A stretch of 61,425 nt of DNA, the filler included. It is 14 parts of 14 records of this genome, joined end to end, with 100 filler letters (N's around TTAATTAATTAA, not from the genome) between each part and the next. Parts side by side here need not be neighbours in the genome. Positions count along the whole stretch, not along the records: positions 11,685 to 15,374 come from SRR15195285_8287; positions 15,475 to 19,434 come from SRR15195285_8298; positions 19,535 to 22,641 come from SRR15195285_8303; 11 more parts are not named here. One strand, given 5' to 3'. Each line of letters starts with the position of its first letter. The stretch's first letter is position 1. The translations under genes were made by a program, and so were the position numbers. Of the stretch, positions 11,873 through 22,741 are shown in pieces. The notes under the pieces were generated by a model that was not told the DNA's origin, did no database searches, and was given only the letters and a program-made list of their open reading frames with translations.

Positions 11873-14800
11873 TCACATATGATCGAGCGAGACGCACACG
11901 AATCTGCGCCAAACATGCGCGACGGCTCTTGTGAACGAAGGCGCTAGATTGCAAGCAATGAAGGTGCTGTCTATGCAAATAGGCAAAAACAGCCGTTGTG
12001 TAGATCGTACGCAGTGCAATGGATGGGTCGTGAGCAGGGAGACGAGGCTAGGCACACAACCACGGATCGCACCTGCCATGAACGGGCTTGCATCGAGCTC
12101 AAATGTGGAAACCAATCCGTTGCGTGAGCTATTCACGACCGCGTCTTCCAAGCATAGCCATGGCGAATCACTCATAAACTCTGCCGGCACGGGGGGCGCA
12201 GCCTTCTTCAGCACACCGCCAAGCCACCATGTCGAAAGAGGGCCAGACAGCGTCAGGGCTGGAGGCGTAGCCGGTACGGCACTGCGTGCGCCGCCAGACT
12301 GTGGAACATTGGCGAAGAAAAATTCGGGGTCTTGTGCTATTGAGCTGTTGAATCCGAGCGGGCGATCATCAGTGTCGTCGCCTGTGCTAAGCTGTTCACC
12401 AAGCCCTCGTCGAGCAGTCCGGCGACCTAGGCCCGAAGCTCCAATGTTCGCGCAAGCTTCCGGGCAAAGACTTCGCAAATACGCATTCGTATCTATAGGG
12501 ACCGTAGACCCCAGCTCATATAAAGTTGCGTAGGCCGGTATGTCCGTTCCAAACATCATGTCCATCAGCTGATCCGTTGAGCACGATACGCGCTGAGACC
12601 AATCGAGTCCGGCACCGTTGACCAACTCTGCGCAGGTCACCAACGATTCATTTTGGTGCGAAGGAAAGGGCATAGGTGATGGGGGAGGACAGGCTTGAAA
12701 ATTTGGAACCAGCCCTTCGCAGCGGAATGGGCCCCTGTCTGTGGTCTCAGGCACATGGACGCCCTGGTCAGAAGCTGACACCAACGGCACCTTCGCAAGG
12801 TGTAGCTTCTCATAGAACGGGTCATTGGAATATGCAGCCGCGGCATCACCGTACTGAAGCTCCCAGCAGGCCTCGGCGACTAGCGGTTTCGAGTTGTCCA
12901 TCGAGCCCAACATTGCTCCACAGTCGGAGGTGTCCACCGGTTGAAACACCCCAACCGTGCCGGGCACGCCACCGCGTGGTTGGAACAGAAAGCACGGCAG
13001 ATGCTTCAACGACTCAGGTCGACGATCCATGCCAGCGCGGCAAACTACTTCTGTCAAGATGCTGACAGTGAAAAGAATGTCATCATCGTTGCCAAAGAAA
13101 GCACTTTGGTTGAACCCTGGCTTTGCGGTCAGACCCTCATCAGACGGAATGCTGTGGATGGCGAACCACACAGCAGCAGTGGACAGCATAGCAACAAACA
13201 GTGTTGCAAAAACAACCGCGCGAATCGTGTACGCAGTGCTGCTGTTCTTGTCGAGACGTTGCAGCGAAGATGACGACATCGATGGGCCAGTGACGGCAAT
13301 CTCGACCTGGCTGACTCTATCCTGAGCCTGATCGCACGTCTGCATCGCCACGCCAACCTGCAGCTGCGGCTGAGTCACTCGCTGTTCTGTTGCACAGTTG
13401 ATCTCACAACCTTGGTTGGCGGCAGAGCTGTTGCTGATCGCGACCGCCAATCCATCTTCGCGCCCTGAGGAAACTAGCACCTCCCCTTCCTGAACAGGGC
13501 CACGCACACGCACGGGCACGCGGCCACAGTAAGCTATCTCCGCCCCTGTACGTTTCGTGGACGACCCAGTCCATCGGGACCAGGAACCGACGACAGCTGC
13601 TTTGTCAGTGACCACGCCGACCATCGCTGCGCGTGCAGTCCGCCGGCTCACTTTCCCGCGCCGAATCCCGACTACGTCTCCCGCCTCTAGTGTTTCCGCG
13701 TGGTCGCTCAGTTCATGCCACTCTGCGAAGTCTCCTGCTGCTGTAGTGAACTTCAATCCGGCCCCACTTGTGGACAAGGACCCAACCTCGTCCATCCTCC
13801 CCTCCTCGCCCTCGCTTTGAAAAGAAATATACTTAAGGTCCTGCATTTCCAACTCATCCTCGTGGTCATTGGCTCTGCCGACGAAGTCCAGGTCCAGCAA
13901 CCGTGCCCCGAGCGTATCGCTGCCGGGGCTGGTGTCACGAATGCGCACGGGGCCCGCAAGCGTCCTCGCCATGAACTTCGGCATCATCGTTCGTTTTCGT
14001 TTCGCATTAGGCTGACCTGGCATCTGCGGCCGCTTCTGTTTGGTGTCACGGTGCGCGCCGCCTGCAGCGCCAGGTCTCTTGGGCTGCTGCCTATTCGATT
14101 CGCTCAATCTCGGGCAAACCTGCCATACGTGCCGCGCCAACTTTTCTTCGCTAAGGCCGGGGTTTCCATCTGGGAGGAGTGTGTACTCATAGTAGCGCAG
14201 CTTCCGCCCATCGAGACATTTAACCGCGCCGTACTGACACCGGATCCGCGCGGGACCAGTCGTTGACCACAGAATCGATCCCTTCTTGCCCCCGCTATTG
14301 GCCCACTGGTCTTTTGGTCCCGGCTTTCGACGTTGCTTCGGCGACTCCCGAAAGATCCCGAAGCTCGACTCCAGAATTTGTGGGCGCTGCTGGAATACAC
14401 AAGTGTCGTCCAGCTGTGCATTGCAAACACCGTTGTGGTAGTGAGACGTCGGGATGCACAGGCTGGTGCGGCGGCGGGGGTGGGGGTGGAATGAGCGAAG
14501 CGAACGCTCACCAAAAGCTGCTGAAACTCGTCAATTGGCAGCTTTTCCCTGCAGCCTCGCGCCAGCAGGTCCGCGGTGGTTTCCGCCGCGGCGTGGCGTT
14601 GCCCCGCCGGTGGGTCAACGCGCTCGGCGGAGCTCTCTCGCGGGTAGGTCAACACGCTCGGAGGAGGGATCCGCACCATCGAGCCGATCGCGGCGCCGGG
14701 GTCGTCCCTGACGGCGATGCTATACGAGCTACTCGCCGGCCCCACCACGGGAGCGGCGGCTTGCTCAGTGTCTTCACCACCTGTGCTGTGCGAGCTACTC

Positions 14801-15240
14801 GCTGTCTCCACTTCGTGCGTGTCCGTGCCCAGGTTGTGGAACATCCCCACTTCGTCCCAGGCCTCCATGAAGGCCCCTCCCTCCGCTGCAAAGTGATTAT
14901 ACCCATCCAGATGCCCCCCCGGTGGAAATGAGCTACTCGCCGGCACCACAGCGGGAGCGGCGGCCTGCTCAGTGTCTTCGCTACCCGAGATGTACGAGCT
15001 ACTCGTTGGCGAAAACAAGCTACTCGCCGGCACCACAAGGGGAGCGGCGGCCGGCTCAGTGTCTTCGCTACCCAAGCTGTACGAGCTACTCGCTGGCGAA
15101 AACGAGCTACTTGCTGTGTCCACTGTGGTCATGTCCGTTTCCATGCCGAACGTCCCCACTTCGTCCCACGAGTACGACCCCGAGACGGAGTCGCTCTCGT
15201 CATTGCTGCTGAGATCCGCGCTCCACTCGCTGTCGTCCAT
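11873..15240 (-). CDS. Putative membrane-tethered, self-cleaving transcription factor: acidic repeats, NAC/CG-1-like domain, Peptidase_G2-like IMC autocleavage domain, TM, luminal domain
   Basis: Exon 1 is 15240-14512 (243 codons). A 98-nt intron runs GTGAG...GCACAG (14511-14414). Exon 2 from 14413 is in frame with the 755-aa track ORF. Total is about 1089 aa if there is no further 3' intron (a candidate donor lies at 12072). Motifs: GDFAEW...GDVVG...VGVVT...GRVPVRVRGPVQEGEVLVSSG..DGLA; TM at 13219-13157. Confidence 0.7.
14720..15170 (-). repeat. Intragenic degenerate tandem repeats encoding (SSS-x-GSEDTE-x-AAAPxVVPA)n and a duplicated WDEVG...TASSS block
   Basis: The core GAGCTACTCG and the GTGTCTTC..GGAGCGGCGGC blocks recur several times on the + strand. 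Confidence 0.8.
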
Positions 15241-15474
15241 TGTCGTCGCTGACGCAGAGGTGCCCCACCCATGACTACCGCACCGCATCCACACACAAAC
15301 ACACTTCAACATCAGCTATCTACAGGGGGGCGCATCTATAGGAGGTCACACACACACACACACACACACACACANNNNNNNNNNNNNNNNNNNNNNNNNN
15401 NNNNNNNNNNNNNNNNNNTTAATTAATTAANNNNNNNNNNNNNNNNNNNNNNNNNNNNNNNNNNNNNNNNNNNN

Positions 15475-18400
15475 CTCTGGCTCTGGCGCTGGCGCTGGCT
15501 CTGGTGTAGACTCTGGTGTAGACACTGGAACTGCATCAGCGCCGTTCTCCGATGGCAGAGATAGTTGTGCGACAGCATCAGCGTCGACGATCGCCGTACT
15601 GGTGCGGCCGCGTGACTCAATGCCATCACCTTTCGATGCACCAATTACCTGAGAACAGCACGAAGCAGCCTGATGAAAACCCGGACAATTGTGCTTCCAA
15701 CAATCGTAATCTAGAAGATATGCAGGGCAAGAAATTGCTAGCTGGAGGACACGATCGTGACCCACCGCTGGTCGGCGCGCACGGCCAGGTGAGTGTTGCC
15801 TGCAAAAACATATGTCAAACGTTGGATAGGTCCATCGCTCGCAAGTTGTCCTAAAAAAGAACACACAACCTGTGGTCGAGGCTGGGAAGGCGCACCCGAC
15901 AAACTCTGGCTCAGGACCCTCCACAGCGTCTCTCTGCTGCAGGACCTCCGTCGCCAGGCCCTCCGCATCCTCAGCTCCTGCCTTCGTCAACGCTTTGACT
16001 AGCCCCTTCGTTTTTAAGTCTGAAAAGTCTTCGCCATCCCTACACAGTCAAGGTGAACGCACACATATCAGGGCAGCCCGTCCGGACGGTATTAACATAG
16101 TCACGCGTAGAAGTTTCGCGGACGAGTGATTCTCGCACATGTCTAACGCTTCAAAAGCTTTGCGGATCGACGGCAGCAGCGCCCCGTGCTCGTCCTTTGG
16201 TAGCGCTGCCATCTCAACCCACTTGATCACACTCGCCGCGTCCCACGAGGTCATCTCTCCCTGCGACGAGTCAGTGGAACGCACATTCTACTGGTGAAGA
16301 TAATTCAACCACAAGGAAAGCAGATACGTCCGTAGAGGACTAGGAACGCAGTACGTTCTAAGTTGTCTGCCGGTCCCCCGTCTATGGATCCAGCCTACTG
16401 GATTTGTGGATGTTGGCATTATGCGGAACACACCCATTCCTTGCACGTCTTCCGCAGCACTAGCAATGCTTCAACCCGTGCGTTCTCTAGAGCGTCCAAC
16501 CGCTCTCGTTCCTCTCGTGCCAGTTGCTCCTCCAACAGCTGATTTTCTGCATCCACTAAGCCCGCTTCCAACGAGGAACGAAGTTCGTCGTTCTGCTCGG
16601 TCAAGATCGAAGGTAAATCAGACAGCCACGTACAATATTCATCACTGTAAGTCTGGTTTGAGAGTGACATGAGACAGTCCGCACGCACACACGCAAGAAA
16701 AGAAGAAGACGAACACATGAATCACCTTAGCCTGAGATGCTGTTTCACCCAGGTGTGACATCCCGGCAGCAAACTCTTCCATCGACACTTCGCCATCGCC
16801 ATTGGTATCCAGTGATTTGAACAGGGCCGCCTTGACCTCATCACATTGTTCCAAGCCCAACTTGAAACACTCGACGGCCTTGTCCCAGTCAGATGCGCCA
16901 GCTGCAGCCTCGCCATCCGCCAGCTGGGTAGCGGCTTCTGCTTGCATTGTCGCAATGTTCTGCATAATCTCCTGACGGTTTGCCTCCTCTTCTGCCTTTT
17001 GCTTGGCAGCAGCTTCCGCTGCCTCTCGTTCATCCTTCGCGGCTTGTTCTTTCTCGGCTTGCTCTTTTGCCTCCCGCTCCGCCTTTGCAGCTGGACTCTC
17101 GTAGCCAGGTGGTGGACCTCGCCCCCGCCCCTGTCCTCGCCCCCGCCCCTGTCCTCGCCCCCGAGCACCTGGACTGCGGCCACCAGAATGTGGACCTCTG
17201 CCTCTGCCGCCTCCTCTACCGCCTCCTCGGCCCGAGAACGACGCGCCTGGTGGCCCTCCTCTCGGTGCTCCACGACCACGACCACCACCACTGACAGCGC
17301 CATTGGCAGGTGGTGGTGAGGCCAAAGAAGAAGAGGACATCGCAGGAGTAGGTTCGTCGATAAGCCCCAAAGCGACAAGGGTCGCGTGCGCTTCCTCAGC
17401 AGAAGGTGGGTGCTCATCCGGCGGCACACCCTCTTCTTCGGCTGCCTTGGCCTCAGTTTTCACATTGTCTAGCTCTGCTGAAACCACTAGGGAGATAAGC
17501 GCCTCTTTCGGGCTACTGCTGTCCAGTGCAAAGTCGATGGACGCTTGTGACGAGCCGCTTGCAAGTGCGCGACGCTGCAACCCTGACAGGCCGATCAGGC
17601 CGAGCTCTACACGCAGCACTACCTCAGCATCCCGCCGCTTCTGTTGCTGCCGCGCCAGTCCCTCCGGACCTCCAGCGCCGACCGTTGCCTGCCAAGTGGA
17701 GATATTTTCTTCACACTTAGCAAAGAACTCGTGCAAATCACCGCTGTCAGCTTGTCCATCCTGACCGACTCCAGGTCCACTGCTACCGCTGCCTCCTTGA
17801 TCCTCAGTTATCTTGAGAAGTTTTGCGGTCCACTCGCGCTTGTTAAGGTGGGTTCGGTCACTGGTACCAACTCCCTCGCTGCGCATCACACGTACCGCTG
17901 CCGAGCTGAGCTCTGGGCGACCCCATGATTCCAGCAGGGAGCGTACCTCCACCTCCTCCTCTGCCACCTCGTCCACGAGCCTAGGGGCGTCAGCAAAGAC
18001 TACGGTCAGTGGCCGCTCCTTGAGCAGTGTCGATATAGCCGACGTGTCAAGGTATCCAACTGCACGTCCCTGCGCGGAGTGCAAGAGCCACCCAGCCTGC
18101 AGCCCAGGTAATGCTTGAAAGGCAAGAGAGCCCTCTTTCACGCTGGCCACACGTACGTACACTCGGTGTGTGAAGGGGTCCTCCTCTTCTTCGAACATGA
18201 TGCCAAAGAACCCTTCAACTTCCACTCGGAGATCCAAGAGATGCTCGTTCGCTGGTACGTCTAGCTGAGGACCAGGCCGCCCGGTGGTCGGATGCGTCCA
18301 ACTCCGCGTGCCGCTTGCCTTCTCGTAGTAGTACGTCCGGCCACGCCTGTCTGCAGCTGCTTTCCAGCCTGGTGGGAGAGCAGCCTCTGCCTGGTGCTTG

Positions 18401-19087
18401 CGCCAGCTGGAGCCCCGCGCAATCCCAAGCGCGGCTACCCACGACTTGCATTCCGCCTTTGTCGCAGCGCGAAGCAGCACCAGCTTGCGAGCTTGCGAAT
18501 CCCCACAGGTCAACTGAAAGTCGCAGTTTGGTCTCGAACTGTCCGTCGCTGGTGGTGCCTCAAACCCCATGCGGACTGTACGGATCTCGTCCACAGGGAT
18601 TGAACCGCTATCTGGACTGGAAGGCCGGCCAGTGACCTTAAGAATCGACCGCGGAGTGGTCGCAGCGCCGGCATCCTCGCGAACTGCGTACGCGAGGTGT
18701 GGCGGCGGGCCATCTGGGCCCATATGCAACGAAAACCATGCCTGCACAAATTTGTGCCGCGATTCCGACCATCTATGCAGATATCCCTCCACAGTTGGCT
18801 TCTCTCGCTGGTCACAGCGAACGACGGCGAGGAGGTAAGTGCCACATAGTGCCGCGGTGTACTAGATGGTGCTGGCCTGTGTGTGTATCTCCTGTGGTGC
18901 TTCTGGTTGCTGCACTAGTCTGTCCTGCAAGCAAGTGTACCAGAGAGCGATGGGCAGCGTGCACGTCACATACCTGTGGCGAGCTCGCCTGACGGCCGCC
19001 ACTCCCGCCGCCCCGGCTCCACGTTTTTGTCACCGACGCAGTCGGCCGCATCTCCCCGAGCGTGAGCGTGCTCTCCCACAGCGACAT
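15475..19087 (-). CDS. Multidomain signalling/scaffold protein: PH, WW, PDZ-like, RGG tract, coiled coil, EF-hand, SAM-like (multi-exon, ends uncertain)
   Basis: PH: EGYLHRWS...LRAATKAECKSWVAAL. WW: LPPGWKAAADRRGRTYYYEKASGTRSWTHP. PDZ-like: FFGIMF..VASVKEGSLA..GLQAGWLLHSAQG. EF-hand: DTNGDGEVSMEE. A later exon reads SWDAASVIKWV...DGEDF. The core exon is about 18805-16727. Confidence 0.7.
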
Positions 19088-19966
19088 CTCGTAGCCGCCA
19101 AAATCCTTGATGGATCAGCAGTCCCAGCAGACCAGATCAGATCAGAGAGCTGGAAAGCGGCAGTGACGCAGCTGGATCAACTGCAGGCGGCGGCCGACGT
19201 GCAGGCGGCCACTGTCGACCGTGCTAGAGCGTGGAGTGCGCGTGCCGGGCGGCACGCAGCGACGCGGCGCTCTGCTGTGCCGCCGGCTGCCCCACGGACG
19301 GCGCTGCGGCCGCGCCCATAAGCCGGGATAAGGGCACCCAGGCGCCCTGCTCCAGCGCGAGCGCCTAGATCGTGTCAGTCGGCCGCCGGTGCGATTTTTG
19401 GCATTATCCACTATTGAAATTCTCTACTGTTTAGNNNNNNNNNNNNNNNNNNNNNNNNNNNNNNNNNNNNNNNNNNNNTTAATTAATTAANNNNNNNNNN
19501 NNNNNNNNNNNNNNNNNNNNNNNNNNNNNNNNNNGGCGACCACTCCCCAGTCAATAGTATGGGGGCCTTCCCTGTCACCACCGCCGCCAACAGGTCCGAT
19601 CTCTCAGATCGGTGCCGTCAAACGGAAACTACGAAATAGTACAATTTTACTATACTGACCGCAGAAAAATCGAACCGAAAAATCCCCCCTGGCTGGGGCG
19701 ATTGATTTTGCAGTGGTGAGAATCGACCCCGGCGGTTATGGACATGCAACAGGTACCGGCAACAGGTCCTCTTGAGCGCCTTCGTTTTTCCGATTATCAT
19801 CATTCCGATTATATAAGCGCCGGCCTTCCTTCACCGGTCAGGCAGCGCAGACCGCAGTGTACACCCGTCTACCCGAGTACCGTCCGAGTGCCGGCGGCGC
19901 TGGAGCCTGCGTGGGAGCCGCGCGTGGTGGGAGGTTGCATCTGCTTGGCTGCACAGGCCGCTCAGC

Positions 19967-20752
19967 ATGTCCCGCATGGGCGCTGACAACGACGGCTCTG
20001 ACCACAACTACCGGCAGCGCATCGATAACGTCTACCAGATCCGCGCGGACAAGAAGGCCGACTTGAAGAGCAAGTTCCCGCTGCTCGTGGTGCGCGTCGA
20101 TCCGCCCTGAGTTCCCGGCAGCAAGTCGTCGTCGGCCGCACCCGGTGCCGCGCTGACAGTGCCTCGTCCGTGCGCAGGGCATCGGGCTGTTGGGCGTTGT
20201 CGGCGTCGCATACCGTGTTCTGGTGCTCAATGAGACGGTGCGATGAGCTGCGGCGAGACTTGCTGCGCCAGCGCTCGACCGCAAGCCCACACACGCTAAC
20301 CGTCCGCTGCTCTCGCAGCCGGAGTCTCTGGCTTTGCCGGGCGGCTGCTTTCTTACGCTTCTCCTGGCAGCTGCCGTCGGCCACAAGGCGCTGGCGACGA
20401 GGGGCACGCCGAGTCCTATGGTTCTAATGCTGTTCCTGCTGTTGGAGGTGGGATATGTGATTGCGTCGACGGTCACACTGGTTAGCATCTCTATGGAGAG
20501 TGAAGAAGAGAAGCAGGCACTGATGGATGACATCCCAAAGGTATGGTCGCCACCGCTGCCATCCATCACTACCATCACCCACTCTCAAAACTGCCTGCCT
20601 GCATCGCTGCCAAGTCTTACGGTGTGCTTGCCGCTCAGGTCGTGGGTGTCGCGCTTAGCGTTGCTGGACTCTTCCTCTCTGTGGCTGCGATTGCACCCGC
20701 ATACTCCCTGCGGGCCGCGTGCATGCCAAACGCGAATCAGAAGCGACGATAG
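19967..20752 (+). CDS. JAGN1: Jagunal-like ER membrane protein (4 exons; not in the ORF track as a unit)
   Basis: The N-terminus MSRMGADNDGSDHNYRQRIDNVYQIRADKKADLK matches the Jagunal GTDGSDFxHRxRVxxxY signature. GT-AG introns at about 20090-20177, 20238-20318 and 20541-20638 join four hydrophobic segments. The C-terminus is basic (QKRR*). Confidence 0.7.
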
Positions 20753-21425
20753 GCATGCTCTAGGTGCAAGCGCGGTGCAGGTTGTGGCCTGACAGTATAA
20801 ACCCAGCAGATGCGCAACGGCTCTTCATCGCAATCGCTCCTTACTGTGCCCAGAATCGTGCAGTCCCTGTGCTCACCGCAAAATGCTCCTGTAGCACGCC
20901 TTGCTCCCTGCCAGCGCACTCCATGCGCACAGAGTATCGCCTACAGTCATAGACAGCGGATGAAGGTGCGTCGGGCTCAGCATGATTGTGCAGCAGCGGC
21001 GACACCATGGTCGGCCACTGCTTTCCTTAACCGATATGGCCAGGCACTTGCTGAGGAGACGAACGACCAAACGGGGAATGAACCAACTATGATGACGTTA
21101 TCGCGCCCTAACCAAATGCGAGAGCCAAGGTTCTGTCAACCTTGTGACAGAACGACGCGTCCGTTCACACATGTGGGTCATGGAGCTGTCTTCATATTCG
21201 ACGTGATCGAGTGGGATTGGAGTGGTGGAGCACGGAAAGCGAAAGTGGCGGGATGTGCCGTTCTCCAACAAACCGAGAATGGTCATAGTATGTGGTTGGA
21301 CAACGATGTGCAACTGTTGCCGATGGCAATGGGATACTGATTGGGCATTGAATCTCTCATACGGGATGAAGTAGAAGTGTTGCACCTGGGCCTCATCCAT
21401 TTCCATCATGTTGACTCGCATCATC

Positions 21426-22641
21426 TTAACTGCCTGGACCGACGGTAGACCTATCAAAGGCATCCGCTACAGGAGACGCCGGCGGCGACATATCTGTAGT
21501 GGCAGCCTTGTCCTTGGCGTCGGCGACCTCGTGTCGCGCGATCCCCACCGCGACCCACTGTCCGCCTGCGTCTCTGAAGAACTCGTCCGGAAAGCGGGTG
21601 TGCGCCTGCTCCAGAACGTCTTCAGCGAGTGCTACAACGGATGGCCGCGTGTACCCACTGCGCTGCTCGAGAAGCTGGGGCCATGGTTCGAGCCCGAGGG
21701 TCTCTCGCGCGGCGGCCAGCGCAGCAGCGCCGCAGAGTGTCGCAGGCGATTCAAGGAATCGATGCTCGTACAGCGCCTGCAGCAGAAAGAACTCGCTGAG
21801 CTTGCGAACCTTGTTGGTGAGACAGGCAGTCGGCCGCGCGCTGTCGCCGCAGCCGTCCCTCTGGACCACTACGCCAAGCTCTAAATGGTGCTCCACGACC
21901 TGCAGCGTGGTCACCGGGTTGAGGCGCCAGTCGAGTGCGAAGAGCACGCGGAGCTCCATGTCACAGATATCTTTTTCGGTGCAGCGTGCGAAGGACATCA
22001 CGGTTTCCAGTGCTGGGACGCAGTGCTCTGGCCCTTGGAACTTCGCTGCGGCGAGCACGCAGGCCATACACAGGGTTTGCATGTCCGCCTGCGGCACGGC
22101 GATGGCCAGCATGGTCCAGTCCAGATAGTGCACTGCGAGGTGCAGCACACTGTCGCGCAGCCGCAGACTCTCGCACGCCTCGTATAGCCAGTCGACCACA
22201 TTGCCGCGATACACCAGCAGCCCCTGCCAGAAGCCGCCGCAGGGCACCCACTGGCGCCCCTCCGTCTCGCGTAGTCGCATCTGCGCGTAGATCTGGTCCG
22301 CGAGCTCCTCCCGCGTCGGCTCGCTCTCCCAGGCTCGCTCGCGCAGGCCAGGCGCGGCGCCGAGCGGCGGCTGCGCAGCTGCAGCTGGCGGCTGCGGCTG
22401 CAGCTCACCGCACGGCTTCGGCGGAACTGGAGCCGGCTCCCGCGGCGTTCGTGCAGCTGCCGCTGGCGAAGCATCTTCGCAGGTGCCGCCGGCGATAGTC
22501 GGCACAGGCAGCTCCTCAGCGACATCCGTCGCCGTCGTGGCCGCCACTCCCACCGCCGGAGAAGCGCGCAGCGCGACATCCGTCGCCGTCGGCGTCTCAC
22601 ATCGCTCCAGCGCCTCCTCCTCCTCCTCCTCCTCCCCCTCC
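21426..22641 (-). CDS. Cyclin (Cyclin_N + Cyclin_C), most like cyclin J; 5' truncated
   Basis: Cyclin box YRGNVVDWL...LHLAVHYLD...QTLCMACVLAAAKF...DMELRVLFALDWRLNPVT. C-domain FFLLQALYEHRFL..PATLCGAAALAAAR..LGLEPWP. Confidence 0.85.
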
Positions 22642-22741
22642 NNNNNNNNNNNNNNNNNNNNNNNNNNNNNNNNNNNNNNNNNNNNTTAATTAATTAANNN
22701 NNNNNNNNNNNNNNNNNNNNNNNNNNNNNNNNNNNNNNNNN

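Noticed and set aside
11873-14140. Prophage or viral tail gene
   Set aside because: Only one phage-like domain is present, embedded in a spliced gene with a TM and low-complexity eukaryotic regions. No other viral genes are on the contig.
15347-15374. (CA)n, (GA)n, (GAGAAC)n and poly-C tracts at contig ends as telomeric or functional repeats
   Set aside because: Ordinary microsatellites at which short-read assembly terminates.
18808-18973. In-frame TAG (about 18862) suggesting stop-codon readthrough upstream of the PH domain
   Set aside because: Better explained as lying within a GT...AG intron with a CTTAC branch-like site.
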